Counted from the first letter of the stretch, positions 48,401-63,157 are shown. The stretch: DNA of 64,000 bases from Azolla caroliniana (GCA_043228905.1 JBHGNT010000022.1:372001-436000), one strand, 5' to 3'. A program made the numbers and translations. Notes: generated from the letters alone by a model not told the origin.

Positions 48401-50208
48401 ATGAATGATCGTTTGTTGCATATTTCATTGTGGGGTTAAATAATAATTAATGCTAATGCAAATTACAAGTATGACCATCACATAAGAGAAAATATATATA
48501 ATGGTAAATTGGAAGACGATATATAGTTTTCTCCCCTTAGTCCATTTAAGTGTAGGATCTTTTGTTGTGCATTGACTTTCACAATAGGTTTTGGAAGTAT
48601 CTTGGCTTCCTTTCTATCAATTTCTTTTATAGCCGATATGGCTTTTCTTAACTGATGTAAGGATGCTCTAAGGGTTAAAACTTAGAACAAAACATATTTA
48701 CAACAATTTGCATTGTGATTATTGTTGATAAAGAAAGTGTCGAGATGTTTTCAATGAGTTCTAATTATATGAAAATTGTCTAAGATGTTTGGTATGGTTT
48801 CCCATTGCATTTCAAATCATGATTAAAATAGAGATGTCTGGTGTGTAATGTGGACGAGTTCTATATGTAATAAGAAGATCAACTTTGTAGCGCTAGAGGG
48901 TTCTTTCACGATCATAAATGAGAGTCAAAACACACTTTTAAAAGCTCATCAAACTCCGTCAAATCTCACCACCACCCCCGAATTAAAAAGCTTGCCTACC
49001 ACTTGCTCACAAAAAAAGAAATCCCCCTATCATAAAAATCAATGGTGACCACAAAAACAGTAGTGTTAATATGTAAAACATGATAAAAGAATAGAAAATG
49101 TTTGCGGATGTTTATTGCAATATGATATGGTCTTCACTCACAACTAAATCTAGTATAAGATAATATGCAAGCAATCACTTATCTCAAAAACATGCCGTTT
49201 AGCATCGTTCCAAATACGATATTACCACAATAAATACTAGATGTATTTCTTGAAAAGTAATTAGCATATGAGGGAGGTAGAGAATACCATAATGAATTTT
49301 AGAAAAAAAATATCACTCTTGACTAGAAGAGCATCATGTTCCATGATACATATCAACCGGGGCAAGAGCAAGAGCATGATCATCAACACATTTATTTTAT
49401 GGCAATAGGTGTATCAAAAACATTAATTAAGCATACACAATTTTTAGTTGTAGACTTTAACACATACGTACAATTTCCTTAAAATAAATGTAGAAACCCA
49501 TTTATCACATAATTTCTCTAAGTCGATGGATTGGGTGATGAGATTGTTGTATCAGTATGCTTGAATATGCTATGACTTATCCTCATATGCACGATCCAAC
49601 TAGAATTCGGTGTAAGAAAATCACATATTGACACCTTCTTCCCATAGGAAAACCATAGTTAAGGAGAATGCATAAAAGCTTAGAAATGTGCAATAGCATG
49701 GACATTATTTGTGGTACATTCAAATCCAAGGTTGACACTCAAGTTCATTTGTCCAACCTTCACATTCAATCACTTGAGAGGAGATTCTTGTTAAATCATG
49801 TTATATATTGTCCCCTTGGGGAAATTGACAGTGACAAGAATTTGGCGAAACAGTGTTACACATTGTTGAGGCATAATAAGAGTATTTACATTGTTTTATA
49901 AATATAAAGAAATTTGAAGAAGAATGAGGTAGATATGATTCAATATGCTCATGTGCTTTTTTCATAGCTTGGTCATGTTGAAACTTGATGATGTTTCCAA
50001 ATATCAAAACATATACTCCATAAAGACACTACAATATTAAAGTTCACATAGCAACAATATTTTAAGTAATCCATAATTACTTATGTGATTGATGTGAGTG
50101 ACATTCCTAAATGTCATAAAACTTCCTAAATTGTCCTAAGAGCATGCCTTTTTAAGTATAGTAACTAGGAAAACAATGACACCTAGGGTACAAAAAAGGG
50201 CAATTACT

Positions 50209-50736
50209 TAACAATCGGCAACTGTTCGGTTTGAAGCTAATTGAACCGCGAAACCACGGCTTAACAGTTTCAACAATCAGAAACCGCGGTTTAAACGGTT
50301 TAAAGGTTTTTTATTTTTTATTTTTTTTAAAAAAATTTGTAAAATTTTTTTTAATTGTTTTTTAAACAATATTTTCATTTTTAGACCTTATTCTCACATT
50401 TTAGGAGAATCTTTAAAATTTTAAAAATTTTAAAAAATGAAATATTATAAATTTTAAAAATTTAAAAATTTAAAGATTAAAAAAACTTAAAAAGTTTAAA
50501 ATTTAAAAAAATTTAAAAAAATTTAAAAAATGAAAATTTTGACCTAAGTTGAAAACTGAAACCAAACCACGAAACCGTGGTTTTTACGGTTTAACAGTTT
50601 GAAATATGTTTAACAGTTCGGTTTAACGGTTTGTGGTTTGTGGTTTGGTTTAGGTTTAAAAAGATTTAAATGGTTTTGTTCCAAACCAGTTCGGTTTTGA
50701 CCCTCTCAAACCGAACTGAACCGTTGCCGATTGTTA
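50209..50736. mobile_element. hAT-type MITE (528 bp)
   Basis: TIRs TAACAATCGGCAAC...GTTGCCGATTGTTA; 8-bp TSD CAATTACT (50201-50208 / 50737-50744); subterminal AAACCG repeats; AT-rich core. Confidence 0.92.
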
Positions 50737-53099
50737 CAATTACTTGCAAAAAAACTCAATGTAAAGCAAATCTTGAGACTAAGAATGTCATATTCCTGTA
50801 TATTGCAACAAACAACATTGGAATATGATATGTAATTGTAAAAATTAAGTTACGCCCTTGGCATTAAAGGCCACAAATGAAATGCCCATAAGTATATCTA
50901 GGCTTGCGTTTATCCACATATGATATAAAAGGTGTTTGCAGGTGTAACACATCATTGTAACAATAACAAAGTCCATGTAAATAACTCGATGTTTTTAATT
51001 GTGTTTGGACATTTTGTGTATCCATATACTCAATGATGCTCGGACATGATGTGTAGACAATGATTTGCACATTTGAGTTGGTATAATGATAGATTATAAT
51101 TGTTTACAATGGAAAACATTAGTTCTTTTTGTGCATCTTGGAGGCAAAACCATGAAAACATGTGAAGTTTGCATCAATAATATTGTCTTCTTTATTTATG
51201 TGTACAACATGCACAACTTGATTGGATGGGAACATGTTGATATGCAAACAAACGGGAGTTTGTTAGCACATGCTCAACTTTGCATTTGTTATCTAGCCTT
51301 TAATTTACAAACCCATAAACAACTATACATTGTTAAAGTGTTTCAAACATCTTAGGAACAAGGTGGCATGCTTTTGTTTCCAGCGAGGAAGGATGTGACA
51401 TGAAGTAAATAGGAAAAAGAACATACATTAAATGTGGTGAGGCAAACTAATTCTAAATCATCGAATCGTAATAGAGAACAATACATTGACTACTTGAATG
51501 GATAGTGTGCATCGATCACATGCAAAGCAACTCATATCAATCTTTGAAGCTAGAACAAATTGTTGTACAAAATGTGTCTCAAAGTTAGTTCACTATCAAA
51601 TAAATTATGTGAAATTGGAAATATAATAGCATATTGAAAACATAAAACAAAATATCTTAGTTTTTTTTTACAATAATGACAACTGCACCTTTTTTTTTTA
51701 CTTCATAGTAACTAGTTTGTCATTATTGTTTCACAATCAAGGGCATTAAGGATAGGAATATTACTGAATGGGATGCCTCTTTAGTGTCTATTAACGAAAT
51801 GTTTTTGAAGAAGCAATTCGATAGAATTTAACAAAGACCTTTGTAATAAGCCCTCTTATTCTCCTTTTGTATGGGGGTTGAACTATGGGGTGGTATTGGT
51901 ATAACGGAAATTTGTAGGTGCATATGAAATGTAAGTGAGACCACCAATGTCGTGAATCAGGGAAGTTGAAGTTGAAGATTACATATTTGGAATTTATTGA
52001 AGTCAAGTATTTAAGATGGTGCATATGTGTGTGCCCAAAAGCTTCTCTGCTCAATCATGCATGCAATTTGTTATGAACATAATTGTATGAATTGTAGTTC
52101 TCTAATCTTAAGGTTAGTAGGTGTAAGAGATAATTTTAGAGTGTTTCAAGTGACCAATTCTAATAAGGCGGTCAAGTGTGAAATAGACATTGGCCTAGGG
52201 TTTGAGCCAATAAAAGAAGGCTAACCTTATGAACGGGGGGGGGGGGGGGGCTGAGGGATTACATAGAGACGTTGGTAGTGTGCGCAAACCTCTAGGTTTT
52301 TCAACCCAAGGTAAGATCCAAGGTAAGACCCTCCTTCTTCAACCCAAGGTAAGATCCAAGTCTGAAGTGCGTGGTATGGACCATAGATGAGGGACTTAGA
52401 TCCGTCTCTCACCTTCTCTAGGGAGTGGTCGGTCAGGTAGTCAAGCATCCTTTATTCCTTCCTTATTTGCTCCTTTAATTTTCTTAATGGAAATTTAGAT
52501 TCTTACATAAACGGGTGCACACATGCGAAGTTTCCTATCCTAATGAGTGATTGGATGAGAATACCCAAGAGGGTGCAAAAATGAATGAGTGATTGTGCAT
52601 GTGTGTGTGTTTGTTTATGTGTTTATGCGTACACTATGATGTAAACTTGAGTAGTGGGAAACAGGTACCCCACTCACGCGCATACAAAAGAGTGTCTCCA
52701 TAAGCTCCAACGAGGACATGAATGTGTTCTCTTGTGGAGTGACTTAGCCAATGCTTTTTCCATGTGGGCCTTTGTGGGGTGGCGAATGATCTACTCAATC
52801 TATATGTAGTAACTTCTTTGCATGTTTCATGGCAAGTTTGTTTTCACTTGTTGAGAGCCTTGCCATTAATTCCTTGTAGAAGGGAATTAGTTGTCTCCTT
52901 TCAATCACTTATTAAATAATTATACACATTTGTATGTAGTTTATTGTTAAGTGACTTTAAATAATTAAGACGATGAATGTAGTTACAAATATTTCAAATT
53001 ACAATTGGTTTCACAATTTGAATCAAAAGTACACAAGATTTCAAACCCATTTTCACAGGGCGAGAAAAAATTAGGATAAGAAGAATTGTGAGGATATCA

Positions 53100-53872
53100 T
53101 TGATTAAGTGTTGTTGCACTCTAACAATGCATGTGGGGTAGCTAACAATGAGGTGTAGCTATAATTGTGCAAGTTACCCAACCATATGGGTCGATGAGGT
53201 GTCAATGTAGGAAATCGTAGATGGGTAGGACAAAATGTATTTAGGAAAAAGAGAAGTAGGGTAATGGGGTTGACTCGTCAATTGACTAGAAGAATATTCT
53301 TTGTTGGAAATTTAAGATGTACTTAGTCTCAAAGTATGTCTCATTGACATTAGGATAAGTACTAACTATCACTAGCTTGAATCTAGGGAGTTGGGTCATA
53401 TTAAATAGTTACAAGTTAGTTGACACAAAAGGAATATCCCCAATCACTATTAAGTGACTTTGCACATTTAATGTGATAATGAGTCAAAATAGAGACTCTC
53501 TTTCTCTTACACAATGACAATGACTATTACCAATGTCCACTAACTTTGTAGTCGACTAGTTCATATCCCATCTAAGTTGTAAGATGTGAGTGCACGGGAG
53601 GACTACCATTGTGAGCTACTCCCATACGTAATAGAAAGTTTGCTTTTGCATATACATCTTTGTGAGTGTAATTCTATATGTTTTTTTTTTTCCAAAAAAG
53701 AACATACTCCATTAGTTAAAATATACACAACTTCGATCCATGTCTTAGGTAGGGCTTGCCTAGATTATCCAATCCTTCATAAGTGATCTCACTTATTTAT
53801 CTTACACTTTCACATGTAATTCTATATGTTTATCTAGTCGATTCTCAATATTTCTAATATGGTATGAGAGCC
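53100..53872 (+). mobile_element. Possible old Copia LTR remnant with degenerate iMet PBS
   Basis: TGGTATGAGAGCC at 53860-53872 after LTR-like sequence; left boundary unresolved. Confidence 0.3.
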
Positions 53873-54237
53873 AAGAGTTTAATCTAGATTAGGACTATCC
53901 GAGTAGTTGTTATCTAGCAACATAACAGAATAGAGATAGATATATAGATTATTTTATGTCTTCGGAGGTCAAATATGACCCTTGAGACAAAAAATATTAC
54001 ATTTCATGTAGTACATGTGAATGTGAGTAGTTACTCTCGATGTTCAAGAACTTTACTGCTGAATGTTGCTATTGAGATTGCACGTTGTGATTGTGAGAGA
54101 TATTCGTGCAAGGATTGGGTTTGGTCGAAGATGTGTGGAAACCATAGTTGAATATGATTAAAGGCAGAGCATTGTATCAAAACGTGATACTCAAACTTGT
54201 ATCGGGCAAAACGTGCATAGTTGACCACTCTCATCAC

Positions 54238-54672
54238 TAAGAATCGGCAACGGTTCGATTTGGTTCGAGAGGGTCAAAACCGAACCATTTAAAAATTTAG
54301 AAACCTAAACCAAACCACGAAACCATTAAACCAAACCATTAAATTTTTTTTCAAACCGTTAAGCCATTAAACTGGTAAAACCGCAATTTCGTGGTTCAAT
54401 TCTGGTTTTTAGCCTAGGTCAAATTTTAAAATATTTCATTATTTAAATTATTTAAATTTTAAAGATTTTCCTTAAATGTGAGAATAAGGCATGAAAATGA
54501 AAAGATTGTTTAAAAACAAATTTTTAAAATTTAAAAGAAAAATAAAAAATAAAAACTGTGAAACCGTTTAAACCGCGGTTTCTAACTGTTGAAACTGAAC
54601 CGAACCGTTTAAACTGTTAAACCGTGGTTTCGCGGTTCGGTTCGATTCAAACCGAATCGTTGCTGATTGTTA
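54238..54672. mobile_element. hAT-type MITE, same family, opposite orientation (435 bp)
   Basis: TAAGAATCGGCAAC...GTTGCTGATTGTTA; 8-bp TSD CTCATCAC (54230-54237 / 54673-54680). Confidence 0.92.
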
Positions 54673-54689
54673 CTCATCACCTGTGCCCC

Positions 54690-57230
54690 AACACCTCGTA
54701 TTACATCGCAATGCATGTTAGCTAAGTTCGCCTGGAAGCAATGGTTCAGATGGTAGACAAGGGAATGAGCTCTAACATGTATCAATTTACGATATCCTTG
54801 TTTGGTGCAACATGTGTAGTATAACGTGTGAAGTGTGAGCCTCCACAATTTTCCCATGTCATGATACATTTTTGCAAAAAGGCCCCATTTATAAAGGAAT
54901 AAATGATGCATCATGATGCAAGTGTGTTGCATCCCATCTTTTAAACCATTTTTCCATATCTTGCATCCAACCGAAACACAAAATTTTGTTTTTATGCGTC
55001 TTTTTGATCTTTTTGCTTGCTTCCCATATGAAACATTTTCCCATGTCATGATACATTTTTGCAAAAAGGCCTCATTTATAAAGGAATAAATGATGCATCA
55101 TGATGCAAGTGTGTTCATCCCATCTTTTAAACCATTTTTCTATATCTTGCATCCAACCGAAACACAAAATTTTGTTTTTATGCGTCTTTTTGATCTTCTT
55201 GCTTGCTTCCCATATGATTCTAGGAGGTTGATATGATGGACTTTTTTGAACCTTAAGCATGTATTTGACAACTCTTTCTATGGCCATGATTTGAGTGGGA
55301 AGTGATCTCGTGGCAAGTAGAAGGAAGAGGGTATATGGCGTTTCTTTCTTAACTTGTAGAAACTTTTTAAGAAAAGGTTTTTGGACATTTTCCAGTTCTT
55401 TCCAAGTAGATTTAGGGATGCTACCACCCCATACTTGCACCCCATAAAGACGCATTAGTGTCACCAAAGTGTCAAGAGGTATTTCTTGAGGACCCAACAC
55501 TTATTTTCTCCATGATTGCATGTGTTCTCAAAATTAATGCATAATATGCTCTCTATCCCACCTCTAGGCTATGGATAATACATTCATTCCATCTATGATT
55601 TGAAGGAACTTCAAGCCCAAGATATTTGAAACTTTCCACATGTCATGCAAGTGGCTCATTATTGTACATAATGCATGGTTTATCTTATAATCTTTGTTTT
55701 AGAGTTGTTGACACTTAATTTAGTATGCGTGGAATTTTTTTCAAATGCCTTCATAAACTTTTGTGCATCTCCCAAAGTATTGGCAAAAAGCACTACATCA
55801 TATGCATATAATAAAAGCACGATGACTACATTCCCATTGGGAACTTCTTCAAATCCTTCTTCCTTTACAAACTTGGGAAACATTACTTCCAATTCATCAA
55901 TGCATAGACCAAATAGAGTTAGTGAGAGTGGCCATCCTGTACATCGTGCTATTGAAAACATCTGAAAGTATATCATCCATATGTACGTTGTTAGGAATTT
56001 GTCCCTTCTATGGAAGAAGTTGACAGTCGAATAGAGACAAACCGAACACTGAATGGTTGGTCGGATCAACCAGCGAGTCGACATGGTCGTTGATTGGTTC
56101 TTGGAGGAGATAGAGAGCCGACTATGATAGTCGACTACATAGATGGATGCTCCAAGTGAAGACAGAGCCGACAAGTTAGGCCGACTGGATAGTCGACATG
56201 AGAGTCGGCTAGTCGGGCCGACTGGACTGCCGACTTGTGTGTGGGTCGGATAGTCGAGTCGATCAGTCAGCTGATTAATGACTATTATTATTATTATTTG
56301 ATAATAATAATAACAACTATATTTGTAAATAGCCCATACTGTGCATGAGTATAAATACACCTAGGGAAAACATTATGATGATGATGCAAGTTAGAGCTTG
56401 TGTAGAAGATAGTGCAACAGAGAGTAGGTAGCGGGATGCGAGCGTGGGCGACGATATAGTTGTGTGATACTAGACACCAAGAGCCCTGTGTGGCTGATAC
56501 ACTCTATACAAAGAGTGTTGTAATCTGTTCTTCCTTGTATATCTATGTTATAGTGAGTCTTTGTTGCCTGTGGTTTTCCCTTGTTAAGGGTTTCCACGTA
56601 AAATACGGTGTACTCTGTGCATTCTTTGTGTTTTGTTGTTTTTTGTTTTCCGTGTTGTATACTTTAGTCTATTTTTTCTCATAGATCTACGATCCATTTC
56701 TATCATACACAACCTATAGCCTTATCATAAGTTCGGGAAATTCTAAGCATATAATCACTTGGCACCTCTAGTTCTTCCATTCTCTTCCAAAGATGTTCAC
56801 GATGTACCGTATCAAAAACTTTCTTGAAGTCCACGAAACAATAATATAAACCTTTACCCCTGAAGCTGTTGACGCTGCTATAGTGTTTTTGAAAGTCAAC
56901 TTGTCCATAAGCTCTCTTACCATTTTTTTTCAGCCCATATACTTATATTTGATTCCATTATACATCCAAACAGTGTTGCCATTAGTGAGCGAACCACGAT
57001 GGTTTGATAGTTTACATTATTTACATATCCACCTTTATGTAAAGGTTTGATCTAATTTGTAGTCCAATTATAAGGCATGCCATGTTGGAATGCATGATTA
57101 AACATATCACGTATCCATGCATGTATATAGTTTCATTTCCATTTGAGCAATTCTGCCTTTATACATTGAAGATCATTTGCCTTTCGCGGACAATTTCTTA
57201 AGTTCTATGCATATATCTTCAACTGTAAAG
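54690..57230 (-). mobile_element. Decayed non-LTR retrotransposon (LINE) RT remnant
   Basis: CFVDFKKVFDTV near 56810-56840; GWPLSLTLFGLCIDEL and LLYAYDVVLF at 55680-55960; ~187-bp tandem duplication at 54848-55218. Boundaries approximate. Confidence 0.8.
55989..56705 (+). mobile_element. Copia-type solo LTR inserted in the LINE
   Basis: TGTTAGG...TATCA; similar to the LTR at 63078; diverged candidate TSD TACGT/TACAC. Confidence 0.75.
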
Positions 57231-59475
57231 AAGGGAGACATGTGAAAGAGAACCATAACATGTCATCTTTCCGGCAACAAATAAATAATATAAATTCTTA
57301 TAATGTATAGACAAGTCAAGAAGAGTTAAGTCACTGTAACTCCAAGCACGCTTCCCCTTTAGATTTTGAAAATAATTAGCTAGAGTAATTATGTTATGTG
57401 GAATATATTAGATATGTGTGTGTGAAATAGGAGAGAAGAGACACAAGATAGATAAGAATATAAAAAGACTCAAATGTATATTAACAAGGAGTAAGAAATA
57501 CAATAGAAAACAACCAATTACAAAAGAGGGAGAGAGGTGTTTTATATAAAGTCACCCTCTCTCTACATTCTCTCACTGAAGCCCATGTGTCATGGGGAAT
57601 GTGGAAACTCATTAGTTATGTGTCATAGAATATGATTTTATGACACATAGTTAATGTTGGATAGTTAGTGGTGATCTTTGACTAGTGTTGGGCAAAGTTT
57701 CTAGTCCCTATCGGAAATTTTCCTATTGCTTATGATCTTAACTGGAAATTAAAAATTTTAACCGGCCACTTTCCTACGAGTGATAATGTCAACCAGAATA
57801 TGTTCAAATTTGTTTTTGCCACATAACAAATTTTTTTGGCACATTTAATTATATCAAACTAATCAAACATCTTAATCAAATTCACAAGATTTTATCATGT
57901 ATGTTTTCTTAATGAAACATTTACCGTCATGATAGCCAAAAACTTGATTTTGAGGCTCGATATCGGATGTAATGTTTCGAGCTTCAATACTATTCATATC
58001 TCGTCTATATCTAAGTTGTTTACAATGTACAAATACATATCTAGGAATTTAGTCTCTCCTATCCAAGAAAAAAATCATGGCATTTGGTACTTTGGTTATC
58101 CATACTCAAAATTAGTATGTTTGAAAACCTTTTGTTTATGCAATAATGGTTGTTTAAGGCTTATCAATTGTTTCCTGGCCTTATCTGGTTTGTCTATCAG
58201 TCATTTTGGCTTTGTGAATTCATTTAGCTTTGCAATAGGAAAAAGGAACTTGAACCATACTTTTATATAGCTTTGAGCAACCACCAACATTGCCAATTAG
58301 CATATGTTTTGTATCCATAAAACCAGAGGTATTACAACCATACATTGTTTTGGATGAACTTAGCCCGTTGTGCAAATTTCAATGGGCTCATGTCTCATTG
58401 GCACACCTGTAATAAAGTGAGGTTACCAATGTTAGCCCACTTACAACAAATCAACAAGTTTGAGGTTTGAGGTTGGTAATAACCATCAATAGGTTTCTGT
58501 GTCAGTTTGTAAGGCTGAACAAAATGGTTAAACATGATTTCTTGCTAGACTTATGAGGTATATGATGGGTTCATTGTAGCAATAATGGCTATTTTTGAGT
58601 TACCACCCAAGGAATCCTGTATTAAACATATCTCCTTGAATCATCATCAACTACAAATTTTCATGTCTTGATAATCTAGGTAGACTTAGATAGTAACTTA
58701 CTTGAAGTAAGAATGTGAGTTTGGAATCTCGGTAGGGGGGTACATGACGTTGTTTTCCATGTACAATGTCCACCAATACCATGATCACTAAACTGGAATA
58801 ACAATTATATTTGATAACTTATGAAACAAAGTGCACATTTAATATAACATTGTAGAATAAGAGATTTCCTTACCCAAGTGTGGAAAGAGATTTCCTTACC
58901 CAATGCTTGTAGCCTCTCTCAGTCGCTCACCTTCTGCCCTTGAGCTCTTTTGTCTGCCAAATAGATTTGCATTATCAATCAACTGATTATTCATACTTCT
59001 TATATCATGACAAGAGAGTGAGTGAGAACCAACCTCTCTAAACCATCAAGAGCTGAAGGACACTAGCATGCCATGGGAATTGCTTCTCAGCTTGTAATTA
59101 ATGTGGTCCATTGAACATAGACTCTAGATCCTGTCAAATGCCTCCAATAAGTCTTTGGAACTTGGACAAGAGCTATGAAGCCAAATACTATGGAATGCAC
59201 ATAAACAATGGAAATTATAATGTAGGCTTTTAAATAACAAATCATAAAATATCATGGATGTAAGTGCATATATGATTTCCAATCACCTATAACAAATGAG
59301 ATTGCCGAATGAGACATTGTTTTATTCATCCCCTTTCCCCCTCCCCAAGAAACGCAGAAGAAGAAGGAAGAGACATAAATAATAGGTAGCGTATCCAGAT
59401 TAGTGTGACTGTATAATGAGTAGTAGATACATAGGTAGTCACCAGATTAGTGTGAGCGTATAATGAGTAGCATGT

Positions 59476-60100
59476 TGTCATGAAGATTTTCGGCAATGGT
59501 GTGAAAATCACATGGAACGAAGAAAATCGAGAAAGTGCAATGTGCACACGAATGAATGGGGCGATGGTTACACTCGTACGTTAGCATGTTGTAAATATGA
59601 ATAAAACGAGAACCCCTAAGGCATAGTAGCATTTTCATGCATACCAAGGGGTGCAAGTAAGGTTTGAACCTTGCACCTCCAAGTTAAGACACAATTAACT
59701 TACCATTAGGCTAAGTTGTTACTTGTTATACTTTTATCATTAGATTTTGCACATGTAAATGCTTATACATTAGAGCTTGAATGAGGGACATGGTCATCAT
59801 GCATCACATGCGATGCATGAGCACCAAATGGCAATCATGCATTGTATGTATGTCTTACACCCTCACTTGCATCATATGCATGGGGGCATCTATATAAGGA
59901 AGAAAGGAAGAGAAAAGGGGGACCAATCAATCTATGAATCCGTCAAATTATGTATCAAATAAAAAATTTATAACAATAAAAAACCTAGTTATCTTATTGG
60001 TGATGTGTCTTGTTTCTTTAAATTGAAGTCAAGGGTTCAAACCTAGAATTGGAATTTCAGTCTATCTATCTATCTATCTTAAACACTTCCTCAATTTTTG
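59476..60100 (+). mobile_element. Truncated LTR of the element-A family with tRNA-like module (59651-59713)
   Basis: Start TGTCATGAAGATTTTCGGCAATGGTGTGAAAATC matches 18781; colinear tRNA-like block and TATA; right end unresolved. Confidence 0.75.
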
Positions 60101-61165
60101 ACCGACATGTAGGCGCGGAAATCCCATCCTCAATCCTCCATAACCACTAGCAGATAGAGGCCCGGTGCTTGTCCGCGCTTGTGACGCGCACATTACGACG
60201 TTTGACATGTGTGTCACGCGCCACGCAACAACGTATGTATGTATAAACAGAATACAAAAGAAGTACTTCTTGTATAGAATACACATAGAAGTAGTTGTAG
60301 TTGCAATTCATTTGTTTAGCTTCTTTTTTTGTTTCGTCGTGTATAAGGAGAGTGTGTACTTACTAATATGCAAAAGACATTTAATACTTATAGACATCTA
60401 TTGAATAACAAGCACATTCATTCTCTCTAGCCGTCTCCCCTTCTCTCTCTCTCTCTCTCTCTGTTCTAATTTTTTTTATACAGAGACTAGTTATTAACTA
60501 AATTAACACCAATTAATTAAATAATGCATCATACCCTACCTTCACCATTGTTTTTTCTTCTTCATAACCAATAGAGGATTTGTCAGCATTAGTCAGGTCC
60601 CCAACGAATGTTCAAATTGATGTCAATATTTGTACACAATTGATAATATATGATATTACATGTGTATGGATTGTCAACTCTTGCCTCTCGACTCTCGTGT
60701 CGAAGGCATTGGCAATCGAGAAAATGTAATATAGACAAATAGGAAAAGAGAGGGGAAAGAGGAGAAAGAGGGTGAAAAGAGGGATTCGAGAGTAGGGCCA
60801 GAGGGGGAAAAAAAACAAGGGAAAACACACTAAAAGAGGGGGAAAGAGGGAAAATGATTTTTTTTTCATTATTTAAAAAAGAAGAAGCATAAATAACTGG
60901 TTACAAAACTGACTAGATTTCAATTTTGGGGAAATTCTAGCCATAATCAATTCCGGCTCCCCCCACCTTGACCGAAAAATGTCCCAACCTAACCGGAACG
61001 CTGACACTGTTCATGGGACTTTGCCCAACACTACATTTGACCTTTGAGTGCTCATACATTCTCAAAGGGTGTGTTCACGCATTAGGCTAGGTTGAGTTTG
61101 ATTCTCAATACGCCAATTCATGCTTAACCATGTCATGACTGAGTCAGCTGTCAGGTTGATCATCA

Positions 61166-63077
61166 CTCCCCCTCAAGCTCGGCAAGTCGTAGGTCGAAAG
61201 GCCAAGCTCCGTTGAAAATTGCCGAAGCTTGTCAGTCCCCAAAGCTTTCGTGAAAATGTCGGTTGTTTGAAGATTGGTGTTGATGTACTAAAGGTCGACA
61301 TCCCCTGCAGGGACATGTTCTCAGATGAAGTGATAGTGCACCTCAACGTGCTTTGTCTGGGCATGGAAGATAGGGTTTCGAGCAAGGTGGATACTGCTGA
61401 GACCGTCACAATAGAGCAAGATTGGATCGTTGATGGAGACCTCCAAATCCTTAAGTATCCTCTTGAGCCATACGGCTTCACATGTAGCTACATCCGCACC
61501 CTTGTATTTGGCCTCTGTGCTTGAAAGAACGACAATCGGTTGCTTTTTATTGCTCCATGATATTGCTCAACTACTGAGGTAGAAAAAAAATCAGCAGGTC
61601 GATTGTCTATCGTCCTTATATCCGGCCCAATCAGCATCTATGTACCCTTCGAGTTGAATTGGCATGGCTGACTTATAGAGAATTCTATAGTCCATCATTC
61701 CACTCACTTAGCATAATCTAAATGGATATCTCGTGGAGTTTACATGAATTGGCTAAGGAGGCCGATCGAATAGTTGAGGTCGGGTCGAGTGATCATGAGA
61801 TAGATGAGGCTGTTGATTAGTTGTTGATAGTGAGTCGGCTTGCACTCTTCTGTGCCGGAGTTGGCAGTTAGCTTTAGATTTCAGTCGAGAAGGATTTCCA
61901 TAGACTTATACTCAGTCATCCTGAACTTATATAATAAGTTAAGGATGTAGTGACATTGGGAGATCATAATGTCGGCTGGAGTCCGAATTACCTCGATGCC
62001 AAGGAAGTAATGGAGCTCTTTCGTGTCTGTCGTCTCGAATTTTCCGGAGAGGAGGGACTTGACCTCCAATGACCATATCATCCACGTATAGGATGATGAC
62101 AATCTTTGAACATGTAAAGATACTCACCTTGTTGAGGGAGTTGGATGATCTGGTGGATCCATCAAGGTGAGCATCTAGCCGGCTTCTTACATAGAGGGAG
62201 TTGTCGGATTTTGACATTCGGAAGCCAATTTGGTGAAGATACTGAGTAATCTTCGAATGCCAAGAACACGGTGCTTGTTTGAGTCCATACAACGGCTTCC
62301 TGAGATGATAGACTACGGTCGGGTGTGTTAGGATTGTAGCTGATCACAACCGGTTCACACACTTCCGTATGAGGGTGCAAAGAACAGGTCGACACTACAC
62401 AGATGAAATAGAAAACAGAGAGTAGAGACACATAATGTTTTACATGGAAAACCGAAAGGGAAAAAAAACCACGGGGGTTCACAAACCCCAAGAAACGAAT
62501 CACTATAAGGGGAGGAGTACAACAAGAGGATTTAAGGCAATGACCTTGAACTCTTCTTCATTGATTGACGACCACAGAGTTACCACTCTCACTCTCACTC
62601 TCTCTCTCTGTCACTTACTAGTTACAGAGGCAACTACTCACTGTAACTTGTTACAACTATAATGATTATCACACTTACTAACTACTTGCCATAAGTGTAT
62701 ATATACTCATATACATAACATACTATTTACAAATATAGCCTCAATAGGCACATTTAAACTATTTACAAATATAGTTTCTTGAATCGGCTTCGACCGATTC
62801 GGCTAATACCCGAGTCGATTTTCAATCCATTGTCGATCCTTTTTTACCTATTGAATCCATTCCACTCGGCTTGTGCTCTTCCCATCCGGAGGGACCTGTT
62901 TTCCCAACAGGGTGGTTGGTCAATTCGAAACTGGGTGGTTGGACCATGTATACCTCCTCTTCTAATTCGTCTTGGAGGAAGACGTTCTTTACGTCCATCT
63001 GGTGGAGGTGCCACCCTTTTGCTGTGGCGAGTGCAATCACGGTTCAAACAATCGTCATCTTTGCCATCGGAGCAAAG
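61166..63077 (-). mobile_element. Decayed Copia RT-RNaseH remnant
   Basis: HQMDVKNVFL, YGLKQAPCSW, ILYVDDMV, RNaseH region; PPT GAGCTTGAGGGGGAG at 61166-61180 on minus. Confidence 0.85.
62326..62909 (-). mobile_element. Copia solo LTR
   Basis: TG...CA ends; perfect TSD GGGTG (62321-62325 / 62910-62914); shares CCCATCCGGAGGGACC with the 36024-36646 LTR. Confidence 0.9.
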
Positions 63078-63157
63078 TGTTAGGAATATGTCCCTCCTAT
63101 GGGAGGAGCCGATTGGTCGGGCCGAGGGCCGATAGTTGATGACAGGGAGGAGTTGAC

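Noticed and set aside
45660-50100. Short ORFs in the AT-rich intergenic region
   Set aside because: No recognisable motifs or exon structure.
52235-52250. Poly-G run as a functional G-quadruplex
   Set aside because: Isolated homopolymer in decayed repeat sequence with no supporting context.
57410-59300. Possible further LTR or transposon remnants
   Set aside because: LTR-like composition but no termini, TSD or protein motif that I could confirm.
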